From Bdellovibrionales bacterium GWB1_55_8 (lineage in GTDB: Bacteria > Bdellovibrionota > UBA1018): 64,000 nt of DNA. The translations under genes and the position numbers were made by a program. Shown here piece by piece: positions 27,134 to 35,087 of this stretch. The stretch lies in contig MEPR01000073.1 in the NCBI GenBank assembly GCA_001769835.1, positions 1,112 through 65,111 on the forward strand. Reading direction: 5' to 3'. The notes under the pieces were generated by a model. That model was not told the origin of the DNA and searched no databases. It was given only the letters and a program-made list of their open reading frames with translations. Within the stretch, counting starts at the first letter, position 1. Each line of letters starts with the position of its first letter.

Positions 27134-29803
27134 GTGTTGAATAGATGGACGAAGGCTGTTGGCATTGGCAGCTCGCGGTTAAAGCGCACCTGGATAGGTG
27201 CGCTGATCGTCCTTGTCTGTGCATTCTGCAGACCACCCTGGCAAGACGCTTCTGCCGGTCACTCTCCTATCGCTGAAGAAAATGAACGTATTTTCGAGGT
27301 CATTCTCAATGATGGAACCCCACTGAGCGAGGGGATTCTAGGCTACCAGGTGTCCGGAGGCTGGCTCCTTCCGATCGGAGAGCTTTCCGTCGCGCTGGGT
27401 TTTGGCATCAATGTATCGCCATCACTGGGTCTCGCGGAAGGATTCATTATCACTGAGGAGCGCCGGTTGCGAATCGACCTCAAGGCTTGTACCGCTGAGA
27501 TCCACGGCCAAGTGCGTTCATTTCGCGCTCCCGACGGAAGCTGTAACGGCGCCTACACCACGGCGGAAGATCTTCTGATCGAAGCGCAACACTGGTCGCA
27601 GTGGTTTCCTCTGGAGCTTGTCGTTGATTCTTTCCGCAGCCGAATCATTATCACTCCGAAGGAAACCCTTCCCATTCAACGAAAAAAGATGCGCGCGGAT
27701 CTTCCAGGGAATGTTCGCGCAGGTTCAGCGAGCGATCCGGGATATCCCGAAATTCCGGACCGCGTCTCGCCGCTTTCCGGACCGTTCCTGGATCAACAGC
27801 TCTCTTTGCAGCGCGTCGCCAACAAAGCCAACACGGCAGACGATTTTCAAAGCGATACCGTCCTTTCAAGTGAGATTCTGGGCTGGGAAACTCGCGCGTT
27901 TGCCTCATTGGGCAAGTCAGCATCCAAGTCAGGTCTTCGACACGGCAGATTGAGCATGGCCCAGAAGCGTGCGGACGGAGGACTGCTGGGGCCAATGGAT
28001 GCGACCAGAATAGAATTGCTTGATGTATCGCTTCCACAGCTATCCCTCATATCGCCCACACAGGAAGGGCGCGGACTCGTGATTTCCAACTACCCGCTGG
28101 ATTACGTCGATCTTTTCGGAACCAGAGACTTCCAGGGGAATGCACTGCCCGGATGGGAGGTCGAACTCTACCAGAACAACGTGCTGTTGAGCCGGCAGGA
28201 AATCGGCGAAAACGGCCGCTACGACTTCCGGGACATTCCTCTTTACTATGGATCCAATCAGTTTCGCCTGGAGTTCCTCGGGCCTCAGGGCCAGGTGCGA
28301 ACGGAGTACCGGAACCTGCGAATCGACACCTCGCACGTGAAGCCGGATCAACGCAATTACGTGATAGCGTTGGGCGTGCGCGATTTGGCGCCCCATTACT
28401 CCGCCCGCTTCGAGCAGAGCATCGCTGACGCCATATCGGTTTCCGCGGGCTTGGCACAGTTGCAGCTGACGGAATTAGGCCGGCAGGATCAGTTTGCGCA
28501 GCTGGGAGTGACGGGATTCGCGGAAAACCTGCTATTATCCAGCTCCGCGGCGCTGTCCAAAAGCGGTGGAAACGCGCTTCAGCTGAAGTCGCAGTTTCCC
28601 TACCGGCGAGCATCGCTATCTATTCGCTACACGCGTCTGAATAACTATTCGAGCGAACTGTTCAACTCGCGTCCGGGCGTAAATCAGATTGATGAGACCC
28701 TCGGAGACATTTCCTTCGTGGTTCCGGTGAATCCTGGCGTGGGAACAACCTGGGAAATCGCGCGAAAACGCTATGCGGAAGACATCTCATCGTTGTCCCT
28801 GCGGAACAGAACTTCCACGAACATCGGAAGGACCTACCTCAACCATGAATTGAGTTATAACGGCGGAACCGCTTCGACCGATTCAAGCCTTGCAGGCCGC
28901 CTCGAAGCCACACAGCTTGTCAGGCGTCAACAACTCAGGCTCGGACTGAACTATACTTCCACGGGACTTCAATTCACCGACGCTGAAATTCAAATGCGAC
29001 ACCGGAATTTCGCCTCATCGGCTCAGCTCCGTTATTACTTCGATGGGAGCGCGGCGCAGCTTCACGCAAGCGTCTCCAGGATTTTCCCGGGCGCGACCCT
29101 GGGAGGACAGCTTTCGGCGGATGCAACCGGTGCCTACAGCGTCGCAGGCCTGGTGTCTTTCAGCATTGCACGAGATCCGCTGGCCCGTCGCTGGCAAATC
29201 CACCCCGAACCCCAGGCGGAATTCGGCGCCGCTTCCATACGGACTTTCATCGATAACAACCGCAATGGTGTGATGGATGGCACAGATCGCCCGGCCCCGG
29301 AAATCAGGCTGCGTTTGCACCAGCGGAATGAGATGCTCACCACGGACCAGCAAGGCCTCGCGTTCCTTGCGAGACTTCAGCCGCATACGCCCATGGATCT
29401 GTCCATTGATCAGGACTCACTCGTGAACCCGCTCATTCGCTCAGCTTCAGACGGTGTTCGTCTCATCCCCAAAGCAGGAAAAACAACTGAGATCTGGTGG
29501 CCTCTGATCACGAACGGCGAGATCGACGGCGTCGTGGAACTGAAGAATGGAAATGAATTGAATTTACTGAACGGCATGACAGTTCATCTGATCGATTCGC
29601 GAGGTACGGTTCTCATGAAAACGCGGACTGATCGCGGAGGGACTTTCTTTTTCAGTTCGATTCCACCAGGCACTTACCAAGTGACTCCTTCCTTCACGGA
29701 ACTCTTTGAGAAACAACTCCATTCGAAACCATTGCAACGTCAGGTCGTCATCCCGTCCGAAGGCGAAATTGTCAGCGGCACGGATTTCCTTTTAGAGCGC
29801 TGA
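27134..29803 (+). CDS. Outer-membrane pilus usher (CsuD/PapC-like, archaic chaperone-usher class)
   Basis: 889 aa, beta-rich, N-terminal signal-like segment. Position and size fit an usher in a pilin-chaperone-pilin-usher-pilin arrangement. No specific motif was verified. Confidence 0.5.
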   Translation: MLNRWTKAVGIGSSRLKRTWIGALIVLVCAFCRPPWQDASAGHSPIAEENERIFEVILNDGTPLSEGILGYQVSGGWLLPIGELSVALGFGINVSPSLGLAEGFIITEERRLRIDLKACTAEIHGQVRSFRAPDGSCNGAYTTAEDLLIEAQHWSQWFPLELVVDSFRSRIIITPKETLPIQRKKMRADLPGNVRAGSASDPGYPEIPDRVSPLSGPFLDQQLSLQRVANKANTADDFQSDTVLSSEILGWETRAFASLGKSASKSGLRHGRLSMAQKRADGGLLGPMDATRIELLDVSLPQLSLISPTQEGRGLVISNYPLDYVDLFGTRDFQGNALPGWEVELYQNNVLLSRQEIGENGRYDFRDIPLYYGSNQFRLEFLGPQGQVRTEYRNLRIDTSHVKPDQRNYVIALGVRDLAPHYSARFEQSIADAISVSAGLAQLQLTELGRQDQFAQLGVTGFAENLLLSSSAALSKSGGNALQLKSQFPYRRASLSIRYTRLNNYSSELFNSRPGVNQIDETLGDISFVVPVNPGVGTTWEIARKRYAEDISSLSLRNRTSTNIGRTYLNHELSYNGGTASTDSSLAGRLEATQLVRRQQLRLGLNYTSTGLQFTDAEIQMRHRNFASSAQLRYYFDGSAAQLHASVSRIFPGATLGGQLSADATGAYSVAGLVSFSIARDPLARRWQIHPEPQAEFGAASIRTFIDNNRNGVMDGTDRPAPEIRLRLHQRNEMLTTDQQGLAFLARLQPHTPMDLSIDQDSLVNPLIRSASDGVRLIPKAGKTTEIWWPLITNGEIDGVVELKNGNELNLLNGMTVHLIDSRGTVLMKTRTDRGGTFFFSSIPPGTYQVTPSFTELFEKQLHSKPLQRQVVIPSEGEIVSGTDFLLER

Positions 29804-29823
29804 AAATCCTGTAAACTCCACCT

Positions 29824-30246
29824 ATGATTTCGCGGCTTCCGTTCATTCTCGGTCTGCTACTGACGGACCTGGCGGTTGCAGGGTCTATCAAGGTGAGCCA
29901 GGTTTCCGACCTGCGGTTCGGAGTGGCACCGCAGGGGGCTGCCGCGGTCACGATTCCAGCAGGAACTTCTGAAACCGCGTCGAACGCCAGCTTTCGCGTG
30001 ACAGGCAATGCCAACCAATCATTCACGATCGCCATTCCAACAGGAAATATCCAGATGGAAGGCCCGTTGCCTAAGAAGCTAAATCAAATCGACGTTCATT
30101 CTTTTTCGTCGTTTCCATCGGGCACAGGCGTTCTGGATCCCTCCGGAGCGGCAATGGTCTATGTGGGCGCGACGCGAACGGCCCTGGCGGTGAACCTGCC
30201 GCCGGGCTCCTATGACGGAGCGTTTTCGCTCACCGTGGTCTACTGA
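29824..30246 (+). CDS. Secreted pilin subunit, SCPU/CsuA/B-like, paralogue 3
   Basis: Signal peptide. [42 protein letters not shown]. Stop overlaps the trmD stop convergently by 7 nt. Confidence 0.6.
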   Translation: MISRLPFILGLLLTDLAVAGSIKVSQVSDLRFGVAPQGAAAVTIPAGTSETASNASFRVTGNANQSFTIAIPTGNIQMEGPLPKKLNQIDVHSFSSFPSGTGVLDPSGAAMVYVGATRTALAVNLPPGSYDGAFSLTVVY

Positions 30247-31055
30247 TTTTTCAGTCGCGCGGTTTTTCCTAACAAATCCGGTCGTTTTTTTTCGGTGCGT
30301 TCGCGCATTTTTTCCTCACGCCACCGCGCAATGGCGCCGTGGTCGCCGCCCAGGAGCACCTCAGGAACTTCGCGTCCCTCGTAATTGCGCGGGCGTGTGT
30401 ACTGCGGGTATTTCAGGAGACCCTTTTCAAAGGTCTCTTCACTCAAGGATTTTTCATTGCCGACGACGCCAGGAATCAAGCGGGTCACGACATCGATCAA
30501 AACCATTGCCGGCAACTCGCCGCCCGTCAGGACGTAGTCACCAATCGAGATCTCGCGATCGACACACATCTCGATGAAGCGCTCGTCGACGCCTTCGTAG
30601 TGGCCGCAAACCAACACCAGATCATCGTAGGTCGCCAGCTCCTTCGCCAAGCTCTGAGTGAGCGGCGTCCCTTGTGGAGAAAGGAAGATGGTCGTGCTCC
30701 GCGCCCCTTCGGGAATTTTTCGGCGTGCCTCTTTCCATGCATCATGAAGCACATCCGCTTTCATGAGCATGCCTTCGCCGCCCCCGTACGGGGTATCGTC
30801 GACAGTCCGATGCTTGTCTTTGGAAAAATCGCGGATCTGCGTAAACTGGAAATCGACCAATCCCTTTTCGCGAGCCTTGCCGACAAGACTGGCCGAGAGG
30901 ACTGAGTCAAAGCTCTCAGGAAAAAGCGTCAGAATGTGAAAGCCGAGACGGGAATCGTTATTCGACGATTTCGAGAACGGTGCGCTTTCTGAGTTTGGTA
31001 GATGCGCCATTGAGTATCGTCCGAACCGCCCGGGCCGTCCTGCCCTGCTTACCAA
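30240..31055 (-). CDS. trmD: tRNA (guanine37-N1)-methyltransferase TrmD
   Basis: [12 protein letters not shown]... N-terminal signature and SPOUT knot motifs ([32 protein letters not shown]). The start is ambiguous: the ORF Met at 31055 or MAHLP at 31010. Either overlaps the KH gene end. Confidence 0.9.
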   Translation of the reverse strand: MVSRAGRPGRFGRYSMAHLPNSESAPFSKSSNNDSRLGFHILTLFPESFDSVLSASLVGKAREKGLVDFQFTQIRDFSKDKHRTVDDTPYGGGEGMLMKADVLHDAWKEARRKIPEGARSTTIFLSPQGTPLTQSLAKELATYDDLVLVCGHYEGVDERFIEMCVDREISIGDYVLTGGELPAMVLIDVVTRLIPGVVGNEKSLSEETFEKGLLKYPQYTRPRNYEGREVPEVLLGGDHGAIARWREEKMRERTEKKRPDLLGKTARLKNQ

Positions 31056-31287
31056 TGATTTTGCCGAGATCTTCTTTGGCGACCTTCAGTTCAATGACCG
31101 TCGTGTTTTCACCCGCGATCTCGTTGACATGAACCTGATCCGGAACATCCACCAGCATGCGGGCCATATACTCGATCATTTTCGAGAGCTCGCTCAACTG
31201 TTTTGGTGTCCCTGCCTCGCCTGGATTATTTCCCGTATTATTTCCCATGATAGACATCGCCCCACGTCCCTCCACATGTCTCTGCAC
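30958..31287 (-). CDS. KH-domain RNA-binding protein (UPF0109/YlqC-like)
   Basis: C-terminal ~75 aa ([21 protein letters not shown]...[18 protein letters not shown]) match KH-type YlqC. The N-terminal 36 aa may be an extension or a mis-start. Confidence 0.7.
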   Translation of the reverse strand: MQRHVEGRGAMSIMGNNTGNNPGEAGTPKQLSELSKMIEYMARMLVDVPDQVHVNEIAGENTTVIELKVAKEDLGKIIGKQGRTARAVRTILNGASTKLRKRTVLEIVE

Positions 31288-31402
31288 AACTTGGCACTGC
31301 TCAACGAGTATGCCGCAAGATCAGCATAACACACCACTCCGGTCCGCTCTTCACGGCTGCCGGCGTGAAAGCCCAACATTGTAAGTTCGGGCGCCGATGT
31401 CT

Positions 31403-31717
31403 TTATTTTGCGAGGGTTTTTACCAATTGTCCAACCGTTTGTGACAACTGGGCGCCCTTGGCCTGCCAAGCTTTCAAAGCTTCAGCATTGATTTCGATCT
31501 TCTCGGCCTGGGTCTTGGCTTTCGGGTAATAGTGCCCGAGCTTCTCAAGGTATTCACCATCGCGCTTGCTCTGGGAGTCAACAGCGACGATCAGATACTG
31601 GGGGTGCTTCTTCGCGCCTTGTCGCGAAAGACGAATGCTAACAGCCATTTGAAACGATCCTTTCAAAAACTTAATTAAGTGATCCTCGTGATTAGCAAGT
31701 CCCAATCGGACCGTCAA
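31403..31717 (-). CDS. rpsP: 30S ribosomal protein S16
   Basis: MAVSIRLSRQGAKKHPQYLIVAVDSQSKRDG...HYYP, canonical S16. Confidence 0.9.
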   Translation of the reverse strand: MTVRLGLANHEDHLIKFLKGSFQMAVSIRLSRQGAKKHPQYLIVAVDSQSKRDGEYLEKLGHYYPKAKTQAEKIEINAEALKAWQAKGAQLSQTVGQLVKTLAK

Positions 31718-32112
31718 CTGGATTCAAGCAGCTCACCCGCCAAAGTGGTCCCATCCAGGAAGCTTTTGAGTTCCTGGGTCAGACGACTGCGGTCCTGTTC
31801 GACGGAACGCCAGCCCGGCTTCACCAAGCGCCCTAAAGCGTTCTTGGGTACCCCGTGGACCGGATTTGACAGGCTGGTAAGTAAAATGACCGGAATAGAT
31901 TGCTGCTCAAACTGTTCCAGAAGTTCCGCCCCCGATTCCCCGGGAAGGATTTCATCCAGAAGGATCAAATCCGGCCGGCGCCTGGAAATTTCGACCCGGG
32001 CGTCCCAGCCGTTCTTGGCCAATCCCGAAACACGAACCCCCGGGATACCGTTAAAAACGAGTTCCAGTAACCGCAACATCGGATCAACATCTTCGATGAT
32101 CAATACGTCCAT
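31714..32112 (-). CDS. Single-domain response regulator (CheY-like receiver)
   Basis: 132 aa. Acidic pocket EDVD, phospho-acceptor LILLDEILPG, T/S (LLTS) and K (VPK) positions. Stop overlaps the rpsP start by 4 nt. Confidence 0.75.
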   Translation of the reverse strand: MDVLIIEDVDPMLRLLELVFNGIPGVRVSGLAKNGWDARVEISRRRPDLILLDEILPGESGAELLEQFEQQSIPVILLTSLSNPVHGVPKNALGRLVKPGWRSVEQDRSRLTQELKSFLDGTTLAGELLESS

Positions 32113-32179
32113 TATTCCGCCGTTGAGCCATTATTGCGCATCCCAGACGGAGCGGCTACCCTGAAAGAGAGGGAAATGG

Positions 32180-32737
32180 ATGCGACGAACGACAGCTGGA
32201 ACTCTTTTGGGACCCGTTGCGGGAACGATCTTAGGACTGATGCTCATCAGTCCCAGCGTGTGGAGCGACGCCATCCCGGCACCGACCCAAACTGAAGTGG
32301 CTGAAGCCCAGATTCAAAAACTCTCGATCGGGCAAAGTGAGACAACCGTCACACGGCTGATGGGCCCTCCTCGAAACCGTGTAGCTCAAAAATCGGGCGC
32401 TATTTTGGACTATGAACAGCTCCTGCTTCGGTTCAAAAACGGGCGTCTCGCCGAAATTGACCACACCCTGGTTCCGCCAAAAGAAAGGGGGGCCTTGATT
32501 CCCGGAGATTTACCCCTGGTAGAACTTCCACGTGAACGCTCCGAAGACACGGTCCTTCCAGGGCGCTGGGTCACGCACCCGCAGAGCGGAAGGATATGGG
32601 TCATTGGTGTCAGCGGTAAAGTCGAACGAGTCCTTGTCAGGCCCGCCTGGAAAGTGAAAACGCCGGGTTTGCCGATTCACCAGTTACTCGATCGCCCTCC
32701 GCCCGGAGAAAACAACCAGGTGAGGCGTCGCAAATGA
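32180..32737 (+). CDS. Secreted hypothetical protein
   Basis: Signal peptide. 185 aa. ATGA overlap with the downstream metalloprotein gene. Confidence 0.35.
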   Translation: MRRTTAGTLLGPVAGTILGLMLISPSVWSDAIPAPTQTEVAEAQIQKLSIGQSETTVTRLMGPPRNRVAQKSGAILDYEQLLLRFKNGRLAEIDHTLVPPKERGALIPGDLPLVELPRERSEDTVLPGRWVTHPQSGRIWVIGVSGKVERVLVRPAWKVKTPGLPIHQLLDRPPPGENNQVRRRK

Positions 32738-34347
32738 AAACACTTCGAGCCACTGTCCTGATTGCTGCAAGCGTGCTGCTGGCGACAAGTGCCCTCGCGA
32801 AAAACAAAAATTGCCCGGATTGCATTATCGGGGAATCCGCGAACGCGCTTTCAAAGCAGACGGACCCGATTCTTGAAGTCGCGCGCTCCTGCCCGGAACC
32901 AGGTAAACTCGAACTGGAAGAAGCCAGAAAGGCCCATGCAGCTGTTTTCCCCCCGTCGCTTCCCACAGCGGAAAAAAACGCGAGCGGGCTCCGCCTGCGC
33001 GGAACGAACGAGGAACTCCGGATTTTCGGTGAGATTGTTGCCGGCAATCGCACTCCGAGCAACTGGCCTGACGCCGCAGCCAATTGTCCAAAGCTAAACG
33101 GTTCTTACCCCCAGGCTTACGATGTGCGCTGCGTGCTTTCCGCGGTCTTTGAAAGTGAAGAGTCCGCTCTCAGGGCACTCGTGATCGCAAAAAAGACCGG
33201 ATATATCGTCAGCCTGAGCCAGGAAAAAAGCCCGGAAGGATACGAGCAAATCTGGAAACCGGAAGAAGTTCGCGCGATCCACTACGCGACACAGGATCTC
33301 CCTTTCAATTTCCTCAACCTGAAAACCTTCAAACAATTTTACAGGGTGCATGATGATTTCGTGAGTCCGACCAATCCAGATGCCGCTGCGATCGCGCACA
33401 GCCCGCATGGCAACACGTTCTCATTCACACCCGGACACATTGTCGCGTACTTTGGAGCGTTCAAAAATGGCGTAAAAGCCGCGCGTACGACCATGGTGCA
33501 CGAACTGGCGCATCAGCTGGATTACAGCAACTGGCTGGGTACATCCACCTACATGAACAGAACCATTGGTTTTGAAAAAATCAGCTGGGAGCCGGATCCG
33601 CTCAATCCGGGCAAGATGCGTAAGAAGCAGGGCGCCCGCTTCGTCACAGATTATTCTCAGAAAAAACCCGCGGAGGATTTCGCTGAATCGGTTGAAAATT
33701 ACATTCACAATCCGCGGCTTCTCAGAACAAAAGCCCCGGAGAAATATGACTTCCTGAAGACAAATATCTTCGGAGGTCAGGAGAAAAATGTAAACATCTG
33801 GCCTCCACTGGCAACCGCCCTGAAAGGCGCGGAAGCCAAGGCGCAATTCAGCATCGAACTCCTCGCCTGTTTGCGCTACATCGGTGCAAGTCAGAAAACG
33901 GACGAAACCTGGATCTGGGAACCCAGAGCAGGCTCCACCATGCTCGACGGCCATCAGCGCGACAACGTGCTCCGAAGAGGAAAATGCGCCCAGTCGATCG
34001 CGAACCAGATCATCAGCGAACTCGATGAGGCAGCTCAGACCGAGGCGTGCTTGATCGGTTCCGGCGCTGTTTCCGCTGCCCTTGACGAGGAAGTGGGTCC
34101 TCTCGTTGGCGCGACGCTGGACGCGGCCTATGAGTTTGCCGAGTTGAAGGCGCCGCTTGCCTGCGCAAAGGGTGATAAAACCGACAAGACCTGCTTTTGG
34201 GAATCATTTACGAAAGCGAAACTCGAGGCCACGCCCGCCGCGGACGGTCTCTCTGCGAAGACGCTCCGCGAGCTTTCAGATCAGGTTCATCGCCTCGTGA
34301 CGGACAACCCTTTCGTCCCGCGCGTGATCAACCTTAACGGATTTTGA
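32734..34347 (+). CDS. Secreted putative zinc metallopeptidase (HExxH) lipoprotein/periplasmic protein
   Basis: Signal peptide. HELAHQLDY zincin-like motif. Cys-containing. 537 aa. Confidence 0.45.
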   Translation: MKTLRATVLIAASVLLATSALAKNKNCPDCIIGESANALSKQTDPILEVARSCPEPGKLELEEARKAHAAVFPPSLPTAEKNASGLRLRGTNEELRIFGEIVAGNRTPSNWPDAAANCPKLNGSYPQAYDVRCVLSAVFESEESALRALVIAKKTGYIVSLSQEKSPEGYEQIWKPEEVRAIHYATQDLPFNFLNLKTFKQFYRVHDDFVSPTNPDAAAIAHSPHGNTFSFTPGHIVAYFGAFKNGVKAARTTMVHELAHQLDYSNWLGTSTYMNRTIGFEKISWEPDPLNPGKMRKKQGARFVTDYSQKKPAEDFAESVENYIHNPRLLRTKAPEKYDFLKTNIFGGQEKNVNIWPPLATALKGAEAKAQFSIELLACLRYIGASQKTDETWIWEPRAGSTMLDGHQRDNVLRRGKCAQSIANQIISELDEAAQTEACLIGSGAVSAALDEEVGPLVGATLDAAYEFAELKAPLACAKGDKTDKTCFWESFTKAKLEATPAADGLSAKTLRELSDQVHRLVTDNPFVPRVINLNGF

Positions 34348-34864
34348 ACAGCTTCTTCTGAATCGCCCAGGGCGGCGTCGGACGGTCACCCGGGAAAGCA
34401 TAATCCCAGTGGCAGACAGCGCAGAAGTTTCCCTGATACGCGGAGCCTTCGCTGTAATCATAGCGAAACAGATTCTCCATCTGAGCGCTGTGCGGATTGT
34501 GGCATGAAGCGCAGCTGAACTCTTTCTGAGGATAAAGCGGGTCTTTGGGACCCGATACCGGATGCCCGAAGATCGGATGACTGCAGTCCTTTTTGCCCGG
34601 TCCCGGATGGCATTCCGTCATGATCAGTGAGGCGTCATGACATTGAAAGCAAAGATCATTGACGGGCGCGAGGAGGTTCGCGGGCCGGCCTGAATTTCCT
34701 TCGTGTCCTGCATGGCAGCTGTCGCAGCCGAAAACGGCGGCCTCATGCCGTCCGGCCTTTTCCAGAACCTCGGCGTGACATTCGAAGCAATTTTCAGCGG
34801 CTGCTGACGCGACCGAAAAAAGAGCAGACCAACACAATGCAGACATCAGAATCAAAGAGTTCAT
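34334..34864 (-). CDS. Multi-haem c-type cytochrome (five CxxCH motifs, 176 aa)
   Basis: Signal peptide. CFECH, CDSCH, CFQCH, CASCH and CAVCH haem-binding motifs are seen directly. Confidence 0.7.
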   Translation of the reverse strand: MNSLILMSALCWSALFSVASAAAENCFECHAEVLEKAGRHEAAVFGCDSCHAGHEGNSGRPANLLAPVNDLCFQCHDASLIMTECHPGPGKKDCSHPIFGHPVSGPKDPLYPQKEFSCASCHNPHSAQMENLFRYDYSEGSAYQGNFCAVCHWDYAFPGDRPTPPWAIQKKLFKIR

Positions 34865-35087
34865 TACGTTCTCACCCCGCCGGCTGCTTTATCACTGCAG
34901 CATGGCCGACGCAACATCAGAGAACTACACCGGAATTTCTTAAGGTTTTAAACTGACCGGCAGGCGTCTCATGGGCTTGACCGGCCTTCTAATTCCTGAT
35001 AGAAACGGTCGGTCTTTCAACTCCCCTCGCAGGAGACAGCCCCGAGTGAAACTTTCGCGTATCCAGCACCAGATCAAAAATTCGGCA

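Noticed and set aside
34971-35087. 39-codon N-terminal extension of the large secreted protein ORF
   Set aside because: The extension is Arg-rich and precedes a perfect signal peptide starting at the internal Met (35088). It overlaps the divergent/convergent region with the cytochrome gene.
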